From Mobula hypostoma (lineage: Eukaryota): DNA of 64,000 nt. The stretch spans positions 190,466,001-190,530,000 of the forward strand of contig NC_086097.1 of assembly GCF_963921235.1 (NCBI RefSeq), written 5' to 3'. The stretch's first letter is position 1. Every line of letters begins with the position of its first letter. Positions 23,828-36,615 of this stretch are shown one piece after another. A program made the position numbers and the translations under genes. The notes beneath the pieces were generated by a model. The model worked only from the letters and a program-made list of their open reading frames with translations, did not search any database and was not told where the DNA came from.

Positions 23828-26433
23828 TGTTTTGAGTCTTTTGTTTTGAGTCAGTATGGGTGGAAGTTAGGAACAGGAAGGGAGCAGTAACTCTTTTGGG
23901 GGTATTCTATAGGCCCCCTGGTAGCAGCAGAGATACAGAGGAGCAGATTGGGAGGCAGATTTTGGAAAGGTGCAAAAATAACAGGGTTGTTATCATGAGT
24001 GACTTTAACTTCCCTAATATTGATTGGCACCTGATTAGTTCCAAGGGTTTAGATTGGGCAGAGTTTGTTAAGTGCGTCCAAGACAGATTCCTGTCACAGT
24101 ATGTGGACAGGCCGACTAGGGGAAATGCCATACTAGATCTAGTACTAGGTAATGAACCGGATCAGGTCACAGAACTCTCAGTGTGTGAGCATCTGGGGGA
24201 CAATGACCACCGCTCCCTGGCCTTTAGCATTATCATGGAAAAGGATAGAATCAGAGAGGACAGGAAAATTTTTAATTGGGGAAGGGCAAATTATGAGGCT
24301 ATACGGCTAGAACTTGCAGGTGTGAACTGGGATGATGTTTTTGCAGGGAAATGTACTATGGACAGGTGGTCGATGTTTAGAGATCTCTTGTAGGATGTTA
24401 GGGATAAATTTGTCCCGGTGATGAATATAAAGAATGGTAGGGTGAAGGAACCATGGGTGAAAAGTAAGGGGGAAATCTAGTCAGGTGAAAGAAGGCAGCA
24501 TACATGAGGTTTAGGAAGCAAGGATCAGAAAGGTTTATTGAGGAATATGGGGAAGCAAGAAAGGAGCTTAAGAAAGGGCTGAGAAGAGCAAGAAGGGGGC
24601 ATGAGAAGGCCTTGGCGAGTAGAGTAAAGGAAAACCTCAAGACATTTTTCAATTATGTGAAGAACAAATGGATGACAGGAGTGAAGGTAGGACCGATCAG
24701 AGATAAAGGTGGGAAGATGTGCCTGGAGGCTGTGGAAGTGAGTGAGGTCCTCAATAAATACTTCTCTTCGATATTCACCAGTGAGAGGAAACTTGATGAT
24801 GGTGAGGACAATATGAGTGAGGTTGATGTTCTGGAGCATGTTGATATTAAGGGAGAAGAGGTGTTGGAGTTGTTAAAATACATTAGGATGGATAAGTCCC
24901 CGGGGCCTGACGGAATATTCCCCAGGCTGCTCCACGAGGCGAGAGAAGAGATTGCTGAGCCTCTGGCTAGGATCTTTATGTCCTCATTGTCCACGGGAAT
25001 GGTACTGGAAGATTGGAGGGAGGCGAATGTTGTCCCCTTGTTCAAGAAAGGTAGTAGGGATAGTCCGGATAATTATAGACCAGTGAGCCTTACGTCTGTG
25101 GCGGGAAAGCTGTTGGAAAAGATTCTTAGAGATAGGATCTATGGGCATTTAGAGAATCATGGTCTGATCAGGGACAGTCAGCATGGCTTTGTGAAGGGCA
25201 GATCATGTCTAACAAGCCTGATAGAGTTCTTTGAGGAGGTGACCAGGCATATAGATGAGGGTAGTGCAGTGGATGTGATCTATATGTATTTTAGTAAGGC
25301 ATTTGACAAGGTTCCACACGGTAGGCTTATTCAGAAAGTCAGAAGGCATGGGATCCAGGAAAGTTTGGCCAGGTGGATTCAGAATTTGCTTGCCTGCAGA
25401 AGGCAGAGGGTCATGGTGGAGGGAGTACATTCAGATTGGAGGATTGTGACTAGTGGTGTCCCACAAGGATCTGTTCTGGGACCTCTACTTTTTGTGATTT
25501 TTATTAACGACCTGGATGTGGTGGTAGAAGGGTGAGTTGGCAAGTTTTCAGATGACACAAAGGTTGGTGATGTTGTGGATAGTGTAGAGGATTGACAAAG
25601 ATTGCAGAGAGACATTGATAGGATGCAGAAGTGGGCTGAGAAGTGGCAGATGGAGTTCAACCCGGAGAAGTGTGAGGTGGTACACTTTGGAAGGACAAAC
25701 TCCAAGGCAGAGTACAAAGTAAATGGCAGGATACTTGGTAGTGTGGAGGAGCAGAGGGATCTAGGGGTACATGTCCACAGATCCCTGAAAGTTGCCTCAC
25801 AGGTAGATAGGGTAGTTAAGAAAGCTTATGGGGTGTTAGCTTTCATAAGTCGAGGGATAGAGTTTAAAAGTTGCAATGTAATGATGCAGCTCTATAAAAC
25901 TCTGGTTAGGCCACACTTGGAGTACTGTGTCCAGTTCTGGTCGCCTCACTATAGGAAGGATGTGGAAGCATTGGAGAGGGTACAGAGGAAATTTACCAGG
26001 ATGCTGCCTGGTTTAGAGAGAATGCATTATGATCAGAGATTAAGGGAGCCTGCACTTTACTCTTTGGAGAGAAGGAGGATGAGAAGACATGATAGAGGTG
26101 TACAAAATAATAAGAGGAATAGATAGAGTGGATAGCCAGCGCCTCTTTCCCAGGGCACCACTGCTCAATACAAGAGGACATGGCTTTAAGGTAAGTGGTG
26201 GGAAGTTCAAGGGGGATATTAGAGAAGGGTTTTTTTACTCAGAGAGTGGTTGGTGCGTGGAATGCACTGCCTGAGTCAGTGGTGGAGGCAGATACACTCG
26301 TGAAGTTAAGAGAATACTAGACAGGTATATGGAGGAATTTAAGGTGGGATGTTATATGGGAGGCAGGGTTTGAGGGTCAGCACAACATTGTGGGCCGAAG
26401 GGCCTGTAATGTGCTGTACTATTCTATGTTCTA
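23828..26433 (+). mobile_element. 5'-truncated CR1 LINE (APE to RT to 3' UTR)
   Basis: ORFs 23860..24393 (GVFYRPP, DFNFP), 24504..25535 ([19 protein letters not shown]) and 25602..26126; (TTCTATG)n tail; flanking TGTTATAT repeat at 23820-23827 and 26434-26441. Confidence 0.95.
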
Positions 26434-27526
26434 TGTTATATGTGGCTACAATGTCACAAAGAACTAGCTTATGTCACGAAACAACAGCCTATTATTTCTG
26501 ATTTGCTGAGGACCATGGCATTTGGTTGGTCACATGCTCTCTACACAAGAACACTAAATACCTACAAGTGGAGTAAACCAGTACACTGTCTTCATGCTGA
26601 CAATGAAATGTCTGCCCCTGAGATCTTAAGTAATATTGGCAGTCCTGCTACGGAACAATCCATCCAAATGGGGAAAGTAAATCCTGCATGTTCTGAGAGG
26701 ACGATGTCACTATTGTTTTGTAAATCAATGAGGTTGGAAATCTCTCAGAGAACAAATTTTGAAAAATTGCACAACTTTCAATATCATTTGGTGAGGAGGA
26801 ATTGTTTTTAAAATGGTGTAAAAATGAACCGATAAGGGAGGAGACAAGCTTCCCTTTGAGGACCATGATATCTAAAACTGGAAGCAATATTGCTCAATTC
26901 TGGGTTAAGTCAATTTTCAACCACACAACATTTTTGTACAAAGGAGTTTGAAGATTCTTATGGATTCTTGGGTGCACGTGTAAGTATGTGTGCTATTTAA
27001 AAGAGTTAAGATGAAGGAAATGCAAATGAACAGTTGGAAAAATGGCTGGTACAGCAGAATATGCCTTTCTGACCGTGAGTTAAGACCCGAGGAGTGTGAA
27101 AGAGGCAGCTAGTTGTGTATCATGGATGCATTTGGGGGTTTGATTTTGAAGTGTCAGATCACATACTTTTACATATCCAACATAATGAAATTTATTTTAG
27201 AACAAGTGCCAGGAAGAGAGGAGTTACTCCTGGAGGTAATCTCAATAGCCACCTCCTATCACATTTAATCTACAGCACTATCTCAAGCATAAAATGTTGA
27301 TACCAGTATTAGTAAATGGTCAAGGATGGAGAGGCAGGGGTCAGTGTCCTGCATAGCTTTCCTTGCTGGTAAAATGGTTCTGAGTATATACCAGTCTTGT
27401 GACTTGTTGAAAGCTTCCTTTCAGGGCAAATTACTTGAGACTAATTAGCACAGAATAAATAGGCAGATGTTGAGTCACTAAAGATCAGGGCTTCACATTT
27501 AGAGTTTAAAGGCAGCTCTAGACAGT

Positions 27527-27577
27527 TGATGTGTGTTGCTTGAATTTCCAGCATCTGCAGAATTCCTGTTGTTTGCG
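27527..27577 (+). mobile_element. 51-bp Penelope-like 3' tip with 10-bp TSD
   Basis: tgatgtgtgttgcttgaatttccagcatctgcagaattcc matches the PLE ends; TSD TCTAGACAGT at 27517-27526 and 27578-27587. Confidence 0.88.
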
Positions 27578-28597
27578 TCTAGACAGTCAAAATGTGATTG
27601 AGCATTTTCACTATTTTAGCCATCCCAATACTGCATGTAAACCAAGCTGACTTAAATTGAGACATGTTTACTTAGAATTTTCGATTTAGGGCAATCCAAA
27701 TTCTAGAAGTGTTTGTTATTTTGGGCAACAATATTTTTAGGTATAGTTTATTCTGTCTCTTTTGGATTTAGCCTTCTCAGGAGATGTGTTCCAAATTTGC
27801 AATATCCTGCAAGGAAAACTTATAACCTTGATTAAGGATATATCCTCTAATGCAGTGCTGATCATCCAAAAAAAAGAGAAGCTAGCTTTCTTGTTTCTTG
27901 ATGTTTTAGAGACGTGTCTTTGTCTCTTTTTGTCTTCTTTACAAAAACATAAATAACATCTGTAACAAGCCTTTCTTCATAGCTTTCTACCCTCTGGCTG
28001 GTATTATCCTGGTTGATCTTCTTTGATCCTATTCCATCACTGCTCTGTTCTATCTGAGATAGGGTGCTTAATGTACTTCAAACTGGCCAATGATCTGTTC
28101 ATTGATGTCTAATCCAAAGTCCTTCAGATCAACCCTAGGACATATGTTGACATCTGGGGCCACAAGTTCATTTTTACAGCTCCAAACAAAAAACCTCTCA
28201 TTGTTCTCAAAATGCTTAATAGCTTTCTTTGATGCTGCAAAAGGAGGATACATTTTGCAATAAATCATGATAAAAGGCAGTTTAACGTTATTTATTGTGC
28301 ATACTATAAAGAAAAAAAACCTAAGAAGTGATGGAATTTTGATGGTCAGCAGAGAAGACTCAGTAGTTGGTATTAGACATGGTGGGCTGAAGCCCTGTTT
28401 CTGTGTGCTGTATGTCTAAGCCATCATTGATACCGTAAGAAGAAAAACAATATGCTTTTGAAGAAAAAGGCTTAATACAGTCTGGAGTAATTTTACACAC
28501 ATTTATTTGTTTCTTATGCCTATTGAAACATTTTGTTTCTGCATTCTTTGTTGGGGTTTTTCTTCTCCCCTGACCTTCTTCCCTGCAAAACTTCACA

Positions 28598-28877
28598 AAC
28601 AATATCAGCATAGACTGAGAGTTACATAGCTCTGATGCAAATGCAAATAGATCCTATGGCCCAACTCATCCATACAGACTAAATTGCCTTCCTGAGCTAG
28701 TTTTATTTGCTTGTGTTTAGCCCATATCCTTGTAAACTTTTCCTATCTATTTATCTATCTGAATGACTTTAAAGCATTATTGTACCTGTTTCTACAAAGT
28801 CTGTTGATAGTTTGTTCCATGTGATCACCAACAAATGTGTAAAAAACTGGCCCTAACATGTTGTTTAAATCTTTCCC
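28598..28877. repeat. First copy of a ~280-bp direct duplication (old CR1 3' end, minus strand) flanking the LTR element
   Basis: Aligns end to end with 31148-31418. Confidence 0.93.
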
Positions 28878-29059
28878 TGTGGTGGTATCACGTGTCACGT
28901 GGTAGAACGTGATTGGACAGAATTTGAAGCATGCGCAGAAATGACAGAATGATCGAGAAGCTTGTATGTTAGACATGGTTGCTGTTTGCTGTTAAATAAA
29001 AGTTCTAGTTATGTTCTTCCAGAATATGTGTCTTTATGAGCAACTATAAAGAACACAAC

Positions 29060-29317
29060 CTACTTTATACTTATACTTTATACTTTATTGTCACCAATTG
29101 ATACTAGAACGTACAATCATCACAGCAATATTTGATTTGCGCTTCCCGCTCCCCGGAGTACAAATCGATAGTAAATATTAAAAATTTAAATTATATATCA
29201 TAAATAGAAAATAGAAAATGGAAAGTAAGGTAGTGCAGAAACACCGAGAGGCAGGTCCGGATATTTGGAGGGTACGGCCCAGATCCCAGTCAGGATCCGT
29301 TCAGTAGTCTTATCACA
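29060..29317 (-). mobile_element. 3' fragment of a Rex1/L2-type LINE inserted between the 5' LTR and the PBS
   Basis: Reverse complement of the 3' ends at 37262-37511 and 52112-52397; (TATACTT)n tail. Confidence 0.9.
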
Positions 29318-29330
29318 TGGTGTCAGAAGT
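29318..29330 (+). other. Primer-binding site complementary to tRNA-Leu
   Basis: TGGTGTCAGAAGT matches the tRNA-Leu(CAA) 3' end ACTTCTGACACCA. Confidence 0.85.
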
Positions 29331-29410
29331 TGGTCCGGAAGAATAATTTGTTTCGCTAACGCGGGAAAAGCGAAGATAATTGGGGAAAAAAGCGCAAACT
29401 TTTTCGTTGT

Positions 29411-30560
29411 TTGCTAACAGCTTTAAGATTGGAAGTTTTGCAACCCCCATCGACGCTTCAGCTTACTGAAAATGTAGCTGAAAACTGGAAAAGATTTAAA
29501 CAGCATTTTGAAATTTATTTATTGGCGATCGGAGCAGATAATAAAATGGAAAAAACGAAAGCTGCAATTCTACTCCACATGATTGGGGATGACGCAATTG
29601 AGATATATAACCATTTTACTTTTGAAGATGGATATAATTTGAATCTAAAAGTGATAATCGACAAGTGTAAGTTATTTTGCATACCGAAGCGCAATGTGAT
29701 GTATGAACGGTATAAATTCTTTACATGCAAGCAGAAAGCTGGTCAAACGATTGATCAATTTGTTACGGAATTGAGAAACCACAGTAAAACAAGTGAATTT
29801 GCAGAGCTGACGGACTTTCTCGTTAAAGACAGGATTGTTTGCGGCATTCTGGATAATGCTTTGAGAGAAAGACTCTTAACAGAACCAGACGTAAATTTGG
29901 AAAAAGCTTTGATTCTCTGCAAAGCTTCAGAAACCGTAAAGCGTAGGGTAAAGAGCTTTTTATTGAGAACTGCAGCGTACACACTGTGAATAACCGCAAA
30001 CATGTTAAAAAAATAATGAAGCGACTACGAAACCGACAGAGGGCAAGACGTCATTGGAAAGAAAAAACATCTGTGATTGCTGTGCGCGGCAGCGCCGACC
30101 TAAAATGTGTCTAGCGTGTCGGAAACTGTGCAACAACTGTGGTAAGGTTATTCATTTTTCACGCTGTTGCAGAAGTAGAAAGGAAATAAAACATGTAAAT
30201 GCCATGTTTGAAAATGAACGTGAGGAATTTTATATCGATGTGCTTTGTGAAAACAAACAAAGCAAGAATGACTGGACTATGCCATTGCAAGTGAACCACA
30301 ACATTATTCTGTTTAAATTGGACACTGGAGCACAAGTAAATGTTCTTGCAGAATCTGAGTTTAATGCATTAAAGCCAAGACCAAAGTTACATCAGACAAA
30401 TATAAAAGTGACTGGGTATTCAGATGCAGACATTACAGTTAGAGGAAAATGTGTGGCAAAAGTTTCACACAAAAATACTGAGCACACGTGGGTTTATCTG
30501 CCTGTGAGAGACTGAATTTGGTAAAAAGGGACTTAGTCCTGGACAGTGATACAGAGTCAG
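29411..30560 (+). pseudogene. Gypsy gag (capsid, Cys/His knuckles) and aspartic protease
   Basis: NVAENWKRFKQHFEIY, ERYKFFTCKQ, DRIVCGI..LRERLL; CNNCGKVIHFSRCC; FKLDTGA. Confidence 0.92.
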
Positions 30561-31147
30561 AATACAGTGGACAGGGGCCAAACTTGCTGGTACAGTACAA
30601 TACGGATCTGAAGCCTAAGAGTGACAAGAATCAGGATCCAATTGAAGAAGTGAAAGCACAAGTGAAGAAATTGAGAAGTTTTATTGAAATGATGAAGTCT
30701 CAGCTTTAAAAAAAGAGATTACACAGTTAATGAATGAATTATGATTTCTTCTCAAAAACCTCAATAAAGAGCCAACTTCGGAGTTTCAGTTAACTGATGC
30801 AGACCAGACGAAACATGAAAATAACAACGAAACACAAGAACTGTGTGAACCACTTAGAAGGTCTACTCGTGTTTGTAAACCCCTGGAGAGACTGATAGAA
30901 ACATGTTAAATTATGCATTTGTTTTTATTAATGTTGCTCATTGCTTTTCTTTTTAAGGAAAGGAAGATATGGTGATATCACGTGTCACATGTAAGAAGGT
31001 GATTGGACAGAATTTGGAGCATGCGCAGAAATGACAGAATGATCGAGAAGCTTGTATGTTAGACGTGGTTGCTGTTTGCTGTTAAATAAAAGTTCTAGTT
31101 ATGTTCTTCCAGAATGTGTGTCTTTATGAGTAACCTACGGTACGTAT

Positions 31148-31690
31148 AACAATTTCGGCATAGACAGAGAGTTACATAGCTCTGATGAAAATGCAAATAG
31201 AGCCTATGGCCCAACTCATCCATACAGACCAATTTGCGTTCCTGAGCTAGTTTTATTTGATTGTGTTTAGCCCATATCCTTGTAAACCTTTCCTATCCAT
31301 TTACCTATCTGAATGACTTTTAAGCATTATTGTACCTGTTTCTACAATGTCTGATAGTTTGTTCCATGTGATCACCAACCAATGTATAAAAAACTAACAT
31401 CTTGTTTAAATCTTTCCCCTTTCACCTTAAATCTTCTTTAAAACTCCCCTATCCTTGGAAAAAGGCAGTAACCATACACCTTATCTATGGCTCTAATTTC
31501 ATATGCCTCTGTAAGCTCATCACTGCTCAGCTTCTTACCCTCCAAGGAAAAATGTCCTAGACAATCCAGTCTCTCCATATAACACAAGCCCTACAGCCCT
31601 TGTGAATTTTTTTCTGAAACCTTTATAGATTAATGACACCCTATCTGTAGCTAGATAACTAGAATGGTACACAATACTCTAAAGGTGATC
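31148..31690 (-). mobile_element. Old CR1 3' fragment; 31148-31418 is the second copy of the flanking duplication
   Basis: CR1 3' end features on minus (aggtgaaaggggaaagattt, gagtattgtgtaccattct). Confidence 0.75.
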
Positions 31691-31691
31691 T

Positions 31692-32846
31692 CCATAAGGC
31701 CATAAGACATAGGAGCAGAATTAGGCTATTTAGCCCATTGAGTCTGCTCAGCCATTTCATTATGGCTCATCCATTTCACTCCCACCCCAATCTCCTGCCT
31801 TCTCCCCGTAACCCTTCATGCCCTGACTAATTAAGAATCTGTCAACTTCTGCCTTAAATATATCCATTTACTTGGCCTCCACAGCCACTGGTGACAACGA
31901 ATTCCACAGGTTCACCATTCTCTGGCTAAAAGAAATTCCTCCTCATCTCCATTCTAAATGGACATCCCTGTATTCTGAGGCCGTGCCCTCTGATTTTAGA
32001 CTCCCCTACCATAGGAAACATCCTCTTCACATCCACTCTATCAAGTCCTTACAAGGTAACATTAGGTTTCATGAGATCCCTCCACATTCTTCTGAATTCC
32101 AGTGAGTACAAGCCCAGAGCTATCAAACACTCCTCATATGATAAACCTTTCAATCTCAGAATCATTTCCATGAACCTCTTTTGAACCCTTTCCAATGTCA
32201 GGGAGGCCCAAAACTGTTCTCAATACCCCAAGTGAGGCCTCATCAGTGCCTAATAAAACCTCAACAATACATCCTTGCACTTATGTTCTAGTCCTCTCCA
32301 AATGAATGTTAACTTTGCATTTCCTTCCAGGCTCAAGCAGCTTTCTTAACCTTTAGAGAATCCTGCACGAAGACTCATAAGTCCCTTTGCAACTCAGATT
32401 TTTTTGAATTTTCTCTCTATTTAGAAAATAGTCTATGCTTTTATTTCTTCTATCAAAGTGCATGACCATACTATTCCTGACACTATATTCCATCTGCCAC
32501 TTCTCTCGCCCATTCTCTTAATCTGATTAAATCCTTCTGTAACCCCCCTGCTTCCTCAACACTACCTGCCCCTCCACCTATCTTCGTATCATCCATAAAC
32601 GTGTCCACAAAGCCATCAATTCTGTCATGCAAATTACTGACAAATAACATAAAAAGTAGCGGTCCCAACGTAGACTTCTGTGGAACACCACTAGTCACCA
32701 GTTGCCAAACAGAAAAGGCTCCCTTTATTCCCACTCTTCACCTCCTGCCAATCAGCCAAGGCTCTGTCTATGCTAGAGTCGCTCCAGTAATACCATCGGC
32801 TTTTAACTTATTAAAAAGACTGATGCGTAGCATCTTGTCAAAGGCC
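31692..32846 (-). mobile_element. CR1 LINE 3' fragment
   Basis: ORF 32483..32734 VTSGVPQ..LGP..DDTKIGG; ccataag tail repeats at 31692-31710. Confidence 0.88.
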
Positions 32847-34436
32847 AGTGTCTTGGGCAGTTGTAGTAGTTGGGCAATACGCAATAATTCTCCCTCATGA
32901 AGATTTCAACATAGACTGAGAATCAGTAATTCTCATGCACTCACAGAACAATCATGATCAACTCCGTTTTCTCAATGGTAAGGAGCCAAAGCTTTGAACT
33001 CTCTATATTTTCCCATGGATCCACAACGCCACATGTTTACCCATGGATGCTCTGGTTACAGTCACTCTGAGTCCTAGCCTCAGGACCATTCCAGGATTAT
33101 GCCACTGATCTCTGTCATTGTCAAAATTTGTGAGGCATGGACACATAAGGGAGGTCATCCAATATCCATGCTCAGTGATAGATTTCATTTACTACTCCTT
33201 CTGTCACCCAGCTCTGCTTTAAAGGCCATTCAGAGATTAGACTATAGTTCACAAAACGAGAGATAGTGCTGAAATGCTGAATGCATCTTACACCAGTTTC
33301 AGCCTTCAAAGTATCCTGTATGCATGAAAATTAGATTATAATTTATTCATTATTTACAAGGTGAACTGTTTCAATATGTGAACTCTCTCATGAAGTGCCA
33401 GTCTCAAACTCTACAGACAAAATAGAGTTGCCACTGGGAGTGCTGTTTTCAAATTATCAGTTTGGAAACAGTTACTTCTTCATCCTGCATAACACACGAC
33501 AAGGGAAGAAAAACACTAGAGCATCATTTGGTATAATTTCCTCCAACACTTCAGAGCACCATTACACTAAATGAGTTAAGATGATCTTCTTTGCCAGTAT
33601 ACTTCTCCATTAAGAAATTTCCATTGATTGTATTCCTTTTATCCTTTGGGAAAATCTTGTTTATCATTTGTGTTTGTTACAGAGCAGAACTATTTAATTT
33701 CAGTTTTCTTTGAATCTGAATTCTCCCATTAATTTTCTGAGTAAAGTATTTCTGGGAATAATGTGTTAGAGAAGTATTTTAATTAGATACAACCTAGCTT
33801 CTAGTATTTTTTTTGTTAGTTCTCATTGTGGTTCCAAATGGATGCACTGCAGCTCCCCACATGCTAATTACTTGCAGTTTGGTATTCCACAAATGCAGCG
33901 GACATGACAATTGAGTGAACGTACTGAAATTCAGTTACACAGGCTTGTCTTTTTCGGTGCCAGGTAAATGAAAATCAATTATCTCTGGAAGAGAATACAA
34001 CTGCAAAAATTTTCTGGTTGAATCAGATCACAGATCTAGAAATGCAACCAGCCACTTCTAGCCTCAGATCTCACTCAGGAAGATGACCCACTTCTCATGC
34101 TAAGCACACTAAGTAATTATATTCCCTATGCAGCAATCCTTTTAACAGTTCCAGGGAAATTAGGTCACATTGTTATAAGCATACCTCACACTGGAAACTT
34201 CCAAAGCAACCAAGGATGCCTCCTTGGTATAAGCATTAGAAATGCACACAAGTAGATCCCTTACAATTTAGGCACTTTCAGCTCTTCTCAGTCTCTGTGC
34301 CCACACCCCACCCCCTTGACCTCTCCCAATTCACCAGATTTCCAAGATAATTACATTTGGTCAATATCTCCATCCACCAATCATTCGATTAACAATCATG
34401 AGGTTTCGATGGGAGATCTGGCTTATCCTTCCCCAA

Positions 34437-36102
34437 GAGACTAAGGAAACTGGCATGAAGTCTAAGGAATTAAGGGAAACAAGTAGTGAGATCATGGAAA
34501 CTGTACAGATTGAAAAGGAGGAGGTGCTTACTATCTTGAGGCAAATTAAAGTGGATAAATTCCCAGGACCTGACAGGGTACTCCATCGGACCTGGAAGGA
34601 GACTAGTGTTGAAATTGCAGGGGCATTGGTAGATATATTTAAAATGTTGGTGTCTACGGGTGAGGTGCCAGAGTATTGGAGAATGGCTCATGTTGTTTCA
34701 TTGTTTAAAAAAGAATCGAAAAGTAATCCGGGAAATTATAGGCTGGTAAGTTTGACGTCGGTAGTGGGCAAGTTATTGGAGGGAGTACTAAGAGACAGAA
34801 TCTACAAGCATTTGGATAGACAAGGACTTATTAGGGAGAGTCAACATGGCTTTGTGCATGGTAGGTCATGTTTGACCAATCTATTGGAGGTTTTCGAGGA
34901 GGTTACCAGGAAAGTGGATGAAGGGAATGCAGTGGATGTTGTCTACATGGACTTCAGTAAGGCCTTTGACAAGGTCCCGCATGGAAGGTTAGTTAGGAAA
35001 ATTCAGTCGCTAGGTATACATGGAGAGGTGGTAAATTGGATTAGACATTGGCTGAATGGAAGAAGCCAAAGAGTGGTAGTAGAGAATTGCTTCTCAGAGT
35101 GGAGGCCTGTGACTAGTGGTGTGCCATAGGGATCAGTGCTGGGTCCATTTGTTATTTGTCATCTATATCAATGATCTGGATGATAATGTGGTAAATTGGA
35201 TCAGCAAATTTGCTGATGATACAAAGATTGGAGGTGTAGTGGACAGTGAGGAAGGTTTTCAAAGCTTGCAGAGGGATTTGAACCAGCTGGAAAAATGGGC
35301 TGAAAAATGACAGATGGAGTTTAATATAGACAAGTGTGAGGTATTGCACTTTGGAAGGACAAACCAAGGTAGAACATACAGGGTAAATGGTAAGGCACTG
35401 AGGAGTGCAGTAGAACAGAGGGATCTGGGAATACAGATACAAAATTCCCTAAAAGTGGCGTCACAGGTAGATAGGGTTGTAAAGAGAGGTTTTGATACAT
35501 TGGCCTTTATTAATCAAAGTATTGAGTATAAGAGCTGGAATGTTATGATGAGGTTGTATAAGGCATTGGTGAGGCTGAATCTGGAATATTGTGTTCAGTT
35601 TTGGTCACCAAATTACAGGAAGGATATAAATAAGGTTGAAAGAGTGCAGAGAAGGTTTACAAGGATGTTGCCAGGACTTGAGAAACTTAGTTACAGAGAA
35701 AAGTTGAATAGGTTAGGACTTTATTCCTTGGAGTGTAGAAGAATGAAGGGAGATTTGATACAGGTATATACAATTATGATGGGTATAGATAGAGTGAATG
35801 CAAGCAGGCTTTTTCCACCGAGGCAAGGGGAGAAAAAAACCAGAGGACATGGGTTAAGGGTGAAGGGGGAAAAGTTTAAAGGGAACATTAGTGGTGTGAG
35901 TGTGGAATGAACTGCCAGACGAGTGGTAAATGCGGGTTCTTTTTTAACATTTAAGAATAAATTGGACAGATACATGGATGGGAGGTGTATGGAGGGATAT
36001 GGTCCGCGTGCAGGTCAGTGGGACTAGGCAGCAAATGGTTCGGCACAGCCAAGAAGGCCTGTTTCTGTGCTGTAGTTTTTCTATGGTTTTCTATGGTTTT
36101 CT
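34437..36102 (+). mobile_element. 5'-truncated CR1 LINE (RT and 3' UTR)
   Basis: ORFs 34398..35129, 35116..35310 (KFADDTK) and 35314..35910; (TTTTCTATGG)n tail. Confidence 0.95.
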
Positions 36103-36615
36103 ATTAGAATGGGTTTCTGATCCTTCTCCCAAGCCCCTGTTGGACTTTGAAAACAGCTTCAAGCCAATAACTAGACTTCCTATCAATTAACCCCCACTAA
36201 CTACACCTCCCCCCACCACCCCAAGGCAGCAGATTCCCTCATCAACACCTGGTCAGACATCCAATTCTTAATTTGGCCCCATTCTGATATCTAACCCTAA
36301 ATCCAGGTCCCTATTGGACTTCTGACCCTAAAGGTAGACCCTCTCTTTTCCCTACTACCACCCATTCCACACAGACCCCCAACCATGTAGTAGATACGAC
36401 AACTTGGAGTTAAAGAGAGAAAAGTTACTGGAGACAGTGAAACATGACAGACCTTAACGTGCTCTCTTTTATTCCTTCTGGGGCAGCATGCAGAAGAAAA
36501 TGTCTAAGAGTCTTTCAACTGATCTTGATGCCTTGTGGCTGGTGCTGTCCTAAATTTTGCGTTATTAGCCTGTAATCGAAAATGCTCTATGACAGAATAA
36601 TGTTAATTTGCTTCT

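Larger units (their letters stand above)
28878..31134 (+). mobile_element. Non-autonomous Gypsy-type LTR retrotransposon (gag and protease only)
   Basis: LTRs 28878-~29059 and 30968-31134; PBS 29318-29330; PPT aaggaaaggaaga 30955-30967; no RT, RNase H or integrase core. Confidence 0.93.

Noticed and set aside
21737..27049. Possible TIR pair for the hAT element (cagccagggtgcccaacagttc and gaacagttggaaaaatggctg)
   Set aside because: Match is loose and no 8-bp TSD flanks it, so hAT boundaries are left undefined
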